From positions 96,001 through 160,000 of the forward strand of contig CAWJZV010000023.1 of assembly GCA_963847445.1 (NCBI GenBank): a stretch of DNA of 64,000 nt, read 5' to 3'. The DNA is from an uncultured delta proteobacterium. GTDB lineage: Bacteria > Desulfobacterota > Binatia > UBA9968. Both the position numbers and the translations under genes were made by a program. Positions 20,818 to 30,522 of this stretch are shown piece after piece. The notes beneath the pieces are model-generated. The model ran no database searches, was not told the DNA's origin, and saw nothing but the letters and a program-made list of their open reading frames with translations. Each line of letters starts with the position of its first letter. Positions within the stretch are counted from its first letter, which is position 1.

Positions 20818-21943
20818 ATGCATTTGAAATATGGCTTTATCAGCGTCGACGATCATGTTCAGGAGACGCCCAATCTGTGGACCAGCCGGGTGCAGAAAAA
20901 GTTTGCTGACCGGGTTCCTCATTTGGTTACTGCCAAAGATGGCAGCGAGCAGTGGTTCCTGGATGGGCAAGTGTTTGCTCGACGGCCGCACTGCGCGGGC
21001 CGGGGCGTTGATGGCGGATCGTAATGAAGATCCCAAACGCTGGGCCGATGTGCCGGCGCCGGCGTTTACCCCGGCGGAGCGCTTGAAGGCGATGGACTCG
21101 GCGGGCATCGACTATTCTGTCCTCTATCCGACGGTAGCCGGCTTCGCTGGGGAGACTTTCGGCCGCTTGCAAGACTCCGAGTTGGAGATCGCCTGCGTCC
21201 AGGCTTACAACGATTGGTTGATCGACGAGTGGGCGAGCGCCAGCGAGCGTTTCATCCCGCAGTGCCTGGTGCCGATCTGGCCGGTGGAAGCGGCGATCGC
21301 CGAGATCAAGCGCGCGGTCGGCCGCGGCCATCGCGGCGTGATCTTGCCGTCCTTGCCCATGCATTTGCGTGACGTTCCCCATATCAGTGGCCCTGAGTAT
21401 GACCCGCTCTGGTCGCTGTGCGAACAATTAGCCGTGCCGGTTTGTCTCCATGCCGGCGCGTCGCCGGAGTTACAGTCGCCGCTGCCGCCTAATATGAAGC
21501 CGGCGCTGGCCGCGGCGGTGGACGCGGCGACCAAGCCGGTGTCGAGCGTGTTCGTGATTTCGCTTTATTCGTTTTCGCGGGTGTTGCTGCGCCATCCGAA
21601 ACTGCGCTTGGTGCTTGCCGAGAGCGCCCTCAGTTGGGGCATGCTTTATCTGGAATGGGCCGATCACCAGTTCGAACATGACGGTCTCGCCCGCGAAGGT
21701 TACGACCTGACACCGTTGCAGATGTTCAAGCGCCAATGTTTCTTCAACGCCTGGTACGATCCCGTCGCGCCGTTCACCGATTACATCGGCGCCGATCGCA
21801 TTCTCTGGTCGGCCAATCTTCCACTCGCGAACTCGACCTGGCCGCGCACCCGGGAAACCATCGATCATTGTTTCAAGGGAGTTTCGGCGGAAGACCGCGA
21901 AAGAGTGTTGTGGAAAAATGCCGCGGAGCTGTATCGGCTGTAG
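20818..21943 (+). CDS. Amidohydrolase_2 family protein (frameshift near 20975)
   Basis: FISVDDHVQE, GIDYSVLYPT, PVCLH. The usual xxDxPH motif reads WSANLPL. Confidence 0.85.
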
Positions 21944-22062
21944 AAGTTGGATAGCGGGTTTTCACGAACTCGTTGCGATCGATGCTCCGGTGCGAAATCT
22001 TTAGATTGTAAGGTTTGCTCCCGACTCCGAGCGAAAAGACGACAGTTCAGTCGAGGCACGAT

Positions 22063-23051
22063 ATGAAGGCAGTGTGGTACGACAAGCAGGGCCCGGCGCG
22101 CGAAGTCTTTCAACTACGGCGATCTGCCCACGCCGGAAGCCGGCCCCGGCGAAGTTCGCATCAAGCTTGAAGCGTCGGGCGTCAATCCGTCCGACACCTA
22201 TCGCCGCGCGGGCACCGTAGACCCGATGGAGTATCCGCGCGTGATCGCCAACAGCGACGGCGCCGGCATTCGTCGACCAGATCGGTTCAGGCGCCAAGCG
22301 TTTCAAAATCGGCGACCGAGTCTGGCTCTACAACGGCCAGCGCAACGGCCGCGCCTTCGGCACCGCGGCTGAATACATCGCGCTCGACGAAAACCTGGTC
22401 ACGCCGCTGCCGGACAATGTGTCGTTCGCGGCAGGCGCAACGCTCGGTGTGCCCGGCATGACCGCGTGGGTCTGCCTGTTTCACGCTGGTCCCATCGACG
22501 GACAAACGGTGCTGGTCACCGGCGGCGCCGGCGCGGTCGGTCACTACGCGATTCAGTTGGCGAAATGGGGCGGTGCGCGCGTCATCACGACCGTGAGCAC
22601 GCCGCAGAAGGCCAAGATCGCCGAGGCCGCCGGCGCGGACCTTGTGATCGACTACAAGCAGGAGGATGTCGCTGAACGGGTGCGCAGATTCAGTCCTAGG
22701 GGTGTGGACCGCATCGTCGAAGTGGACTTCGGCGGCAACATCGCCACCACGGAAAAGATCCTCGCGCGGTTCGCCACCGTTGCTGTCTATGCCAGCAAGG
22801 GCAATCTGACGCCCAAGGTGACGGTCCGCGCGCTGACCGGCAAGAACGCCACTATTTACTTCCTGCAGCTTCCGCTGACGCCGACGGCGCTGCAGCGAAA
22901 GGCGCAGGCCGGAATGGCCGAGTGGCTCGCAGGCGGGCGCAGAATTCATATGATCGCAGCGCAGTTTGCTCTGAAGGAAACCGTCGAAGCTCACCTTGCG
23001 GTCGAAGCTGGCACCAAGCTCGGCACCGTTATCGTCGACTGCACGCGTTGA
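22063..23051 (+). CDS. NADPH:quinone reductase, zeta-crystallin/MDR family (frameshifts near 22110 and 22270)
   Basis: MKAVWY..GPAREV, GVNPSD, VLVTGGAGAVG. Confidence 0.85.
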
Positions 23052-23065
23052 GCGCGGTCGGATTC
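22984..23065 (+). repeat. 82-bp direct repeat, copy 1 (3' end of the quinone reductase gene)
   Basis: 76/82 identical to 25271-25352 by manual alignment. Confidence 0.9.
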
Positions 23066-23232
23066 TAGCTTGTGGATGAGAAACTAGGGAGTGGGGGAGA
23101 TTACAGGCTCCTTGGAAAAAAAGTCGAATAGACCTGTGGGCTCAAAAGAAAGAAGTAATCACCACTGACATGTCCCTAAAGAAGGCAGTCGAGGGGTTTT
23201 GAAACTCGCCCTCCGGCATGGCTAATTTTGGA

Positions 23233-23490
23233 TTAAGCTTGTTCTATTAATTTTCCTTCAAAAAAGAGATCTATTCTGGGTTTAAAGAAGCCCTTTGCGC
23301 GTAAGACGGCAGTTTTGCCTCCCACCTCGAAAGTAATCTCTTGGGGAAGGTCCAACCACTGAGAATTATTCCACGTCTGCGCGTTATTTCCGTCGACCAT
23401 TAGTTTGCCGGTTCGGGTGTCGTTCCTGCCATACTCAACTTCAATCAGGTGTTTCTTCGCTTCGATTTCTATTGACCATGTCCTGTCCAT
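23233..23490 (-). CDS. Small hypothetical beta-rich protein (FAIM1-like pattern)
   Basis: Lower-GC ORF with GGAG RBS; WSIEIEAKKHLIEVEYG...GKLMVDG...FEVGG...LFFEGK. Confidence 0.6.
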   Translation of the reverse strand: MDRTWSIEIEAKKHLIEVEYGRNDTRTGKLMVDGNNAQTWNNSQWLDLPQEITFEVGGKTAVLRAKGFFKPRIDLFFEGKLIEQA

Positions 23491-23942
23491 TATGATTCTC
23501 CAAATGGGTGGGCCTTCCAAAGCTGGTAGGCCACCGTCCTAAGGTTTCATCACGCAATTCAATTCATGAGCTTAACCTATGCCAACGGGGAGGAACTGCT
23601 GTCCAATAGTAGACAGCTTTACGAATAATTATCGTGAGCTTTGAGCGACGCGAGAAAGCAGAAACCGCCAGGATTGAAGTGTTTCTCCATCAGATCGATT
23701 TAGATCGATTGGCTTTGTCGGTGGGGTTAGCGCAGCGCATTCCCCACCGAAGGGAGTGATCTTGAAATTGCATGAAGCAGGCCACGGCCTGAGCCCTTCT
23801 CCTTTTTCGATCGTTCACCTCAGCGACCATCGACCCCCGCCGTTTAGGATGGACGGGCCAGCGGAAAATTTATATAGATGGGGCGGAAACGCAATATGGC
23901 ACCACACGGGGCACGCACGTTCGTGCGAAATCGAGGTGAGGC

Positions 23943-25184
23943 GTGATCACGAGTCTGACGCATGTCGCCGTCGCGACGGTGGCGTTGCTGGTTCTCGTTT
24001 GGATCCTGGGGCGCGTCAAAGCTTGGCTGCTCAGGCGGTTGGAACGGATTGCTTTCCCGCCCGATACATTGCTGCCGGGACTGGCGACGGATTTTCACCC
24101 GCATATCGTGCAGGCGGAAAAATCCATCATCGGTCTACTGTGGACCGCGACGATCATTGCTCTGCTCTATTTGTGGCTTGTCTACTCCCTCGGGCAATTT
24201 TCCCAAACCGCTTCTTGGGCCGAGCAACTCCAAGGGTTCCTGTTCGCGCTATTCTGGAACTTCGCCAAGGGCGCGCTCGGGGCGGTGCCTGGGCTTGTCG
24301 CCGTCGTGATCGTTTTTCTGATCGCGCGCTGGGTTGTGCGCTTGATCAGGATTGTCTTCGATAAGGTCGAATCGGGCGGGCTCTCACTGCCCTGGTTAGA
24401 GCGCGACACCGCGCGAACCACACAGACCCTGTTCATTATGATCGTATGGCTCTTCGCGTTGGTCGCCGCTTACCCTTACATCCCGGGGTCGGAAACCGAC
24501 GCGTTCAAAGGCTTGAGCGTGCTCATCGGACTCATGGTCACACTCGGCTCGACCGGTATCATCAATCAGATCATCAGCGGCCTCTTTGTCGTCTATTCCA
24601 AAAGCGTCAGAGCCACGGATTACGTGCGCGTCGGCGACGTCGAGGGGGAAGTCCTGGACGTGGGATTTTTGGCGACCAAGTTGCGCACAGCCAGGCAGGA
24701 AGAGATCACCATTCCGCATTCGGTTCTGGTCGGGACAGCGACGACGAATTACAGCAGCCTGGCCGGCGACAATGGCATGGCCGTCACCACTGCCGTAACG
24801 ATCGGCTACGACGTTCCCTGGCGCCAAGTTCATGCGCTTTTGCAGTTGGGAGCGGCGCGCACCGGTGGCCTTCGCCGGGATCCCCCGCCGCGGGTCATGC
24901 AGCGAGAGCTTTCCGACTTTTACGTGCAGTACCTGTTGCTGGCGCACCTCGAAGAGGGCAAGAACCGCGCCGCAGTTCTATCTGATTTGCATGCGCAAAT
25001 TCAGGACGCCTTCAATGAATTCGGCACGCAGATCATGTCGCCGCACTTCGAGTCACAGCCGGAAAAGCCGGTTTTTGTGCCAAAGTCCGAGTGGCACGCC
25101 GCTCCCGCCGGGCCACCGGATTCGCCCGCGGGTCCTGTGGGTTCTCAACAAGAGGCGAAAAAGACCGTGTCGCCGGAAGGGTAG
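23943..25184 (+). CDS. Small-conductance mechanosensitive channel (MscS) family protein
   Basis: TM helices, then NQIISGL, DYVRVGDVEGEV, ITIPHS, IGYDVPWRQV, QIMSPHF. Confidence 0.88.
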   Translation: MITSLTHVAVATVALLVLVWILGRVKAWLLRRLERIAFPPDTLLPGLATDFHPHIVQAEKSIIGLLWTATIIALLYLWLVYSLGQFSQTASWAEQLQGFLFALFWNFAKGALGAVPGLVAVVIVFLIARWVVRLIRIVFDKVESGGLSLPWLERDTARTTQTLFIMIVWLFALVAAYPYIPGSETDAFKGLSVLIGLMVTLGSTGIINQIISGLFVVYSKSVRATDYVRVGDVEGEVLDVGFLATKLRTARQEEITIPHSVLVGTATTNYSSLAGDNGMAVTTAVTIGYDVPWRQVHALLQLGAARTGGLRRDPPPRVMQRELSDFYVQYLLLAHLEEGKNRAAVLSDLHAQIQDAFNEFGTQIMSPHFESQPEKPVFVPKSEWHAAPAGPPDSPAGPVGSQQEAKKTVSPEG

Positions 25185-25270
25185 AAGTTGGAATTTGTTC
25201 CTTAAACATTTATTCGATCAATGAGTGGTACGTAAATTGTTTAGATTGCGAGGCCTGGCCCAACAGCTGC

Positions 25271-25352
25271 TCGAAGCTCACCTGGCGGTCGAAGCTGGCA
25301 CCAAGCTTGGCACTGTTATCGTCGACTGCACACGTTGAGCAGGGTCGGATTC
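25271..25352 (+). repeat. 82-bp direct repeat, copy 2 (displaced gene 3' end; att-like scar)
   Basis: Encodes the same EAHLAVEAGTKLGTVIVDCTR* peptide, with four synonymous changes. Confidence 0.9.
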
Positions 25353-25692
25353 AGACTTTGCCGATCGGTAAAGCGCAGCGTAACCCGAGCTACGGGACTT
25401 TCTTGCCAATCAGCGGGCTTAGGACTGAATTCATTTTTCGACGACCGAATCCTATAAGATTTGTCTGTAGCGACCTACAGGTCAATGCTGCGGAGTGCAA
25501 GTGTGCTGTGCAGGTATGTTGGTAATCTACTGACCAGGTATATTGGAATAACCGCGGATGAAAACTGATTGACAAGTTGTTGATCGAAAAGATAAGAGTC
25601 TGGACACGGTAGGTTTGGGATTCCCTAATATACTGGTCATTATAATCAACGGTTAGGCTTACTCTCGCAAGTGACTACGGAGGATAGTACGA

Positions 25693-26477
25693 ATGCCGCG
25701 TGTCGCTGCCCTGTTTCGTTACCCTGTGAAGGGCTTCACTCCCGAAGAGTGCGAAACGTTGACGGTTCTCGACGAAGGGAAAATTGCCGGCGACCGTGTC
25801 CTCGGCATACGGTTTGCTGACACCGAAGCGGCCGATGATGCCTGGAGCAAGAAAACGGGAATGGTGGCCCTTGAAGACAGCGGGCAGGCACGTCTGCACA
25901 TTCGGTTTGAGGAAGAGGCGCTTCGGTTACGCATCAGCTTAGCCAGCACCGTCTTGGTGGATGAGGTGCTTAACAATGACGGTAGAAAGCGGATCGCCGC
26001 TGCAGTGGCGGATTATGCGCTCAAGCTCGATGAGAATCCGCTTTCCGGCCACCCGGAGCGGCTCCCGCTACGAGTCATTGGCAACGGCATCACACCGCGA
26101 TACAGGACGAGAGAATGGCCAGGTGCGCTCCAGGACGCGGGAGTCTCCATGCGCTTGCGGCTACGTTTAGGGACGCCGAAGTCAGCGAGCTTCGTTTTCG
26201 CTCCAACATCGCGGTAGATAGGCTGGGTGCTTGGGAGGAGCAAAGCTGGGTGGGGCGAAAGGTTCGCATAGGCACGGTTGAGTTTGACGTGGTCAAGCCG
26301 AAGCTCAGGTGCCTTGCTACGCATGCAAACCCTAAGACAGGTGAACGGGACCTGCCGATTCTGACGACGCTGACCAGGGTTTTTGGGCACGAGCAGCCAA
26401 CGTTTGCAGTGACAATGTTTCCTAGTCACGGCGGCGGACGAATTCACGCCGGCGATGAAGTCAGCCTTGTTGATTAA
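25693..26477 (+). CDS. MOSC domain protein (frameshift near 26100)
   Basis: LFRYPVKGF..GDR; RFRSNIAVD; RCLATHANP. Confidence 0.85.
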
Positions 26478-26541
26478 AAACAGGTCAAGGCCAGATCGGT
26501 GAAACTAAAGGTTTGTGCCAGGTTTCTATCAGTGCATTTTT

Positions 26542-26599
26542 GCCTAACCATTCGCTTCAGACCGATCGCCAATAGCGACGGCTGAGTTTGGCGTTGGGC
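26542..26599 (+). mobile_element. Integron attC-like site
   Basis: R'' GCCTAAC and R' GTTGGGC. Inner arms CTTCAG/CTGAG, CCG/CGG and TCGC/GCGA have extrahelical bases. The next ORF starts 8 nt after R'. Confidence 0.7.
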
Positions 26600-26607
26600 T
26601 CTGGTGT

Positions 26608-26910
26608 ATGAATACGAGAATCAGGGACTTCACGCGGTTACTCAGAGAGGCGTTTGCTGAAGCAAGGGCCGCCGGCTTTGAAAATGCGGCAAACGATCTG
26701 GAGCATGTTGCCGTCGCGGCGTTCACCGCATCGTCGGAAAGGCTTCAGGAACACGGTCTCGCCATCAAGCACTTCTTGAAGGTTACTCACGACACCTTGC
26801 CACGCTCAACCAAGGCGAAGCTGAAGGCATGTCTGACGGAGACCGAGCTGGCAAGCACCGGCTGGCGGAGGCTTATGGCACTTCTGAAAAGGAGTCATGC
26901 ACTTAGCTGA
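26608..26910 (+). CDS. Hypothetical protein (putative gene-cassette ORF)
   Basis: 100-aa ORF between two attC-like sites, with no room for a promoter. Confidence 0.55.
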   Translation: MNTRIRDFTRLLREAFAEARAAGFENAANDLEHVAVAAFTASSERLQEHGLAIKHFLKVTHDTLPRSTKAKLKACLTETELASTGWRRLMALLKRSHALS

Positions 26911-26954
26911 ATGTTCAAACGCTTGCCGCGACAACGTCATTGGCGCCATCGCGG

Positions 26955-27044
26955 GCCTCACAAGATGTTGCCAGGAACGCGCAACAGCGGTCGCCTGTGT
27001 TCTGGCATCGTCCCCCGCCGCGCCGCCGAACGTGAACGTTAGCA
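26955..27044 (+). mobile_element. Degenerate attC-like site
   Basis: GCCTCACAAGATGTTGCCAG ... CGCCGCCGAACGTGAACGTTAGCA resembles a decayed R''/L''...L'/R' layout. Confidence 0.4.
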
Positions 27045-27062
27045 CTGCGTGGCGCCGGTGGT

Positions 27063-28040
27063 TTAACGAAACCGCGGCAGAAGTTCCGTGCTGATCAGCT
27101 CCAAGCTCTCTTCGAAGCGATCGTATTGCAGTCGTAGGTCGAAAACCAAATGCTCGACGCCTCGCCCGCGGTACTTTTCGATCTCGGCGGCGCAGTCATC
27201 GGGGTTGCCGACGATCAACAAACCTTCCAGGTCTTCGATGGTTTGAAACTTTCCCGACGGCGGTTTGATCCAGTGGCTGCTTCCTTCCGAACTCTCGGCG
27301 AGGGCGGCGACGTCGACGCTGTCGCGCGCTTTCCTACGATCCTTCTCGATACGGGTGATGGGAATATTGCCGAGAATAATTTTCCGATCGGTGATCTGCC
27401 GCAAATATTTTACCCGGTCGTCGAAAGTCGCCAGCGGCACGCGGCCGGGAATCCAACCGTCGCAATACTCGGCCACTCGTCGGATCGCGGCGCGCGTGCT
27501 GCCGCCGCCGAAGATCGGGATGGGTTCAACCGGCTTGGGTTCGATGGTGACATGATCGAACGAAAACACCTTGCCCTTATAGGACACGTTATCTTCGTTC
27601 CAGATCAAGCGCGCGATCTCGACGGTCTCGCGCATGATGTCTACGCGATCCTCAAGGCGCATGCCGACCGTGGCGAGTTCCTCGGGATTGAATCCCAAAC
27701 CGATTCCGGCGATCACCCGGCCGCCCGCAAGATACGAGAGACTGGCGAGGTCTTGGCTGAGTTTGAGCGGCCAGCGCACTGGCACCAGCACCGCGGTGCC
27801 TAAGGTTATTTTTCTCGTCACGGCGGCGACCGCCGAAAGCGTAACGAAGGGTTCGACGAACCTTAAGCCGGCCCGCTCCATGCCGTGCGGGTTCCAGATC
27901 AAGTGATCGCGCACCCAGATGGAATCAAATCCCAATTCCTCGCACAGCTTACCGCCGTCGATGATGCGTGACGGTGAAGCGGTTTTGCCGAAGTGCGGCA
28001 ATAACACGCCAAATTGCATTTTCACGACCCCGTTAGTCAC
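27063..28040 (-). CDS. LLM-class flavin-dependent oxidoreductase
   Basis: FGVLLP, ELGFDSIWVRDH, ITLGTAVLV, GRVIAGIGLG. Confidence 0.9.
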   Translation of the reverse strand: MTNGVVKMQFGVLLPHFGKTASPSRIIDGGKLCEELGFDSIWVRDHLIWNPHGMERAGLRFVEPFVTLSAVAAVTRKITLGTAVLVPVRWPLKLSQDLASLSYLAGGRVIAGIGLGFNPEELATVGMRLEDRVDIMRETVEIARLIWNEDNVSYKGKVFSFDHVTIEPKPVEPIPIFGGGSTRAAIRRVAEYCDGWIPGRVPLATFDDRVKYLRQITDRKIILGNIPITRIEKDRRKARDSVDVAALAESSEGSSHWIKPPSGKFQTIEDLEGLLIVGNPDDCAAEIEKYRGRGVEHLVFDLRLQYDRFEESLELISTELLPRFR

Positions 28041-28427
28041 TTAACGCGGTTCATTCTCCGAGTCATCGACGATGTGAAAATCCTCTCCGGCCGGAGCGTA
28101 GATCTCCAGCACGCGGGCAATCTTGTCGCCACAATTGCCGGCCTGGTGGCGTACGCCAGGCGGGATGAAGGCCACCTCGCCGGGGCCGAGGCGATACTTT
28201 TTCCCCTCGACGATCGCCTCGACGTTGCCTTCCAGGACGACGTAAATATTTTCCGCTTTAGCGTGATAGTGCGTCGGGCCGGGGCCCGAATCGACGTTGA
28301 TCAGATTGATATGCACGTCGACGTTCTTTGCGCCGTCGGCTTCGTCCACCAGACGGAGCGCTTTGCCACGGTCCCAGCGCATCAGCCTAATCGGCGCATC
28401 TTCGATTCGCATCACCTTTAAGGGCAT
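28041..28427 (-). CDS. Cupin domain protein
   Basis: THYHAKAENIYVVLEG...FIPPGVRH; ATG 28427 after GGAGG. Confidence 0.85.
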   Translation of the reverse strand: MPLKVMRIEDAPIRLMRWDRGKALRLVDEADGAKNVDVHINLINVDSGPGPTHYHAKAENIYVVLEGNVEAIVEGKKYRLGPGEVAFIPPGVRHQAGNCGDKIARVLEIYAPAGEDFHIVDDSENEPR

Positions 28428-28547
28428 GAGTTCACCTCCAATTGTTTTTTGAGCAGTAATGGGAAACCCCCACCTTGTCAAGTTGGCCGCGCTCATTGGT
28501 TCAACTTTCCCGCCCACCGTGATAAGAGCAGGACAAGACGCATCGCC

Positions 28548-29465
28548 ATGAACTTTCCCGAGACCATCAAACTTTTGCAGTTTCGCGCGGCGTACAACTT
28601 GCCGGTGCATGCCGGGGTCGAGAGCGGAATTTTCGCCCACCACGGGCTTGGCGTTGAAGCCGCCTACACGCCGGGCTCGGTGTTTCTTAGCGAAGCGCTG
28701 AGAGCCGGCCGCTGCGATATCGGCCACACGGGCGCCGACGACGTGATCGCCGATGTCGAAAGCGCAGAGGGCTCCGACTTGTTCATCTTCATGGGGCTTC
28801 ATCCGGGTCTTTTCAGTTTGGTCGGCGCGCCGGACTGCCCAAGCGTCAATTCACTGCGCGGCAAATTCATTGGCGTCGATGCCAAAACCAGCGGCCTGGT
28901 CTTAGTGCTGGTAAAATTGCTTCAGGACCGAGGCTTTGCGAGAGACGATTATGAATTGATCGAGGTCGGCGGTTGGCAAGGCCGCTATGAGTCCTTAATG
29001 GACGGTAAAATCAGTGCGACTCTGTTAACCGAGCCTTTCGTCGCGAATTCCCTGAGTGCCGGCGGTCATCTGCTGGCGCGAGATTTCGAGATGATCCCCA
29101 CTTACCAAGGCACCTGCGGGGCGGCGAGCCGGAGTTGGGCAGAGCGAAATCCTGATCGCATGATTCGTTACATCCGCGCCTACGTGGAAGCGACCGAGTG
29201 GTGTTTCGCGAGCGCGAATCGCCTGGCTTGCATCGACATGCTCGCGCGCCACAACGATATTCAGGGAAGCGTAGCCGAACGCACACTCGATGCGCTGCTC
29301 GATCCACGGCACGGCCTGTACCCCAGAGCGGCCGTCAATCTGCCGGGAGTTCTGACCACGATCGAGTTACGAGCCCAACTGGGCTATATGGCCCAACCCG
29401 TTCCGCCGGTGCAGAAGTATGTCGATCTTTTCTATTATCGGAATGCAATGGCGATCGGCGAATGA
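28548..29465 (+). CDS. NMT1/THI5-like substrate-binding-fold protein without an evident signal peptide
   Basis: GIFAHHGLGVE, LRGKFIGVDAKTSG, TLLTEPF. Confidence 0.75.
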   Translation: MNFPETIKLLQFRAAYNLPVHAGVESGIFAHHGLGVEAAYTPGSVFLSEALRAGRCDIGHTGADDVIADVESAEGSDLFIFMGLHPGLFSLVGAPDCPSVNSLRGKFIGVDAKTSGLVLVLVKLLQDRGFARDDYELIEVGGWQGRYESLMDGKISATLLTEPFVANSLSAGGHLLARDFEMIPTYQGTCGAASRSWAERNPDRMIRYIRAYVEATEWCFASANRLACIDMLARHNDIQGSVAERTLDALLDPRHGLYPRAAVNLPGVLTTIELRAQLGYMAQPVPPVQKYVDLFYYRNAMAIGE

Positions 29466-29714
29466 GAACTATGATGAAGGATCTGCGTTGCAGCTTACTG
29501 GCGTCAGAGCCACGGATTACGTGCGGACGGCGTCAAGTGCGACTAGATGCGATGGACGAAACCGCCGGAGGTACTGATGCGGGCGCATGGGCCGATGCGG
29601 CGGCAGTCGCTACCAGTCAACCAATAACAAGCACATTGGTTAGTGCTATCGAGCCGCGAGTCTGGGGAGGCATTGCCGCTCCAGATCCCCGATCAAAGCA
29701 TTGACTAACCAAGC

Positions 29715-30368
29715 TTAAGACCTGCCACGCACGGCAATGACAGAGAAGGGGATCGACTTACTGTCGAGTCCCACGATGCCGACGGGGAAGTCCACAACCC
29801 ACGAGATATTCGAGTTGAACGCGATAGAAGTAGACGACCAGTAGCTGGACGCAACGAAATTCGAGAACGGATCGCCCTCAATTGCTTGCCCGGTACCCTC
29901 GGCATTCGAAATTGCGGGGTCAAAAAATGCAAAATCTACTAGGCTATAAAGCTCCCGTATGTTCGGCAGTCGCCAGTCCGTTCTATGATCTCCTCTTCTG
30001 CCGCTCGTGTCACCGCAGTTGTTGCTGTTCATCTTGCCAGCCGCAGTTGAGACTTGCAACATCACTGAGGGCTGTTTGCCAGATTCTAGTCGCCCCCGGA
30101 CAATTGGCATTCTTCAACCAGATCAAACCTGTCAGCTTGTCCTTAATCGTCCCGTCTCTTGTTGTCTTTAAAACGCGGTGTCGGCAACTCTACGCCTTTC
30201 TGTAGCGCTCCGTCTTGCCCCGTCCTGCGCAGTCGATCTGGGTTCCTCGGCGTCATAGCTGATCACCTGACCCGTCTGTGGCACAGGTGCCTGAACAGCC
30301 CAAACCGCTCCCGCCCACAACACGCAAAGAAGCACCAGAAGCCCGATTCTTAAATTGCGCATGTCCAT
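29715..30368 (-). CDS. Secreted DUF1566 (Lcl C-terminal, CLec-fold) protein (frameshifts near 30200-30100)
   Basis: Signal peptide, PQTGQ, DKLTGLIWLKNANC, DWRLPNIRELYSL, YWSSTS..W..F..G.....K.....AVRG. Confidence 0.8.
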
Positions 30369-30507
30369 TGCTCCTTTCTCTTCCGTTGTATTGATATATT
30401 GATGTTTTCGCCGCATCTTCCCGCGCCGCTACAAACTCTGACTCTCGCTCTAACGGACGATCAATCAAATAAGTGATATTGTCCTCCAGCGTGCATATCT
30501 AGAATGC

Positions 30508-30522
30508 GCAAAGCGTAGGCCA
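30508..30522 (-). promoter_or_regulatory. Putative sigma-54 (-24/-12) promoter of the DUF1566 gene
   Basis: Minus strand reads TGGCCTACGCTTTGC (GG-N10-GC with TTGC), about 140 bp upstream of the ATG. Confidence 0.5.

Noticed and set aside
29715-30368. A complete DGR locus
   Set aside because: No reverse transcriptase, Avd or template repeat was found in the window, so only a possible remote target is reported.
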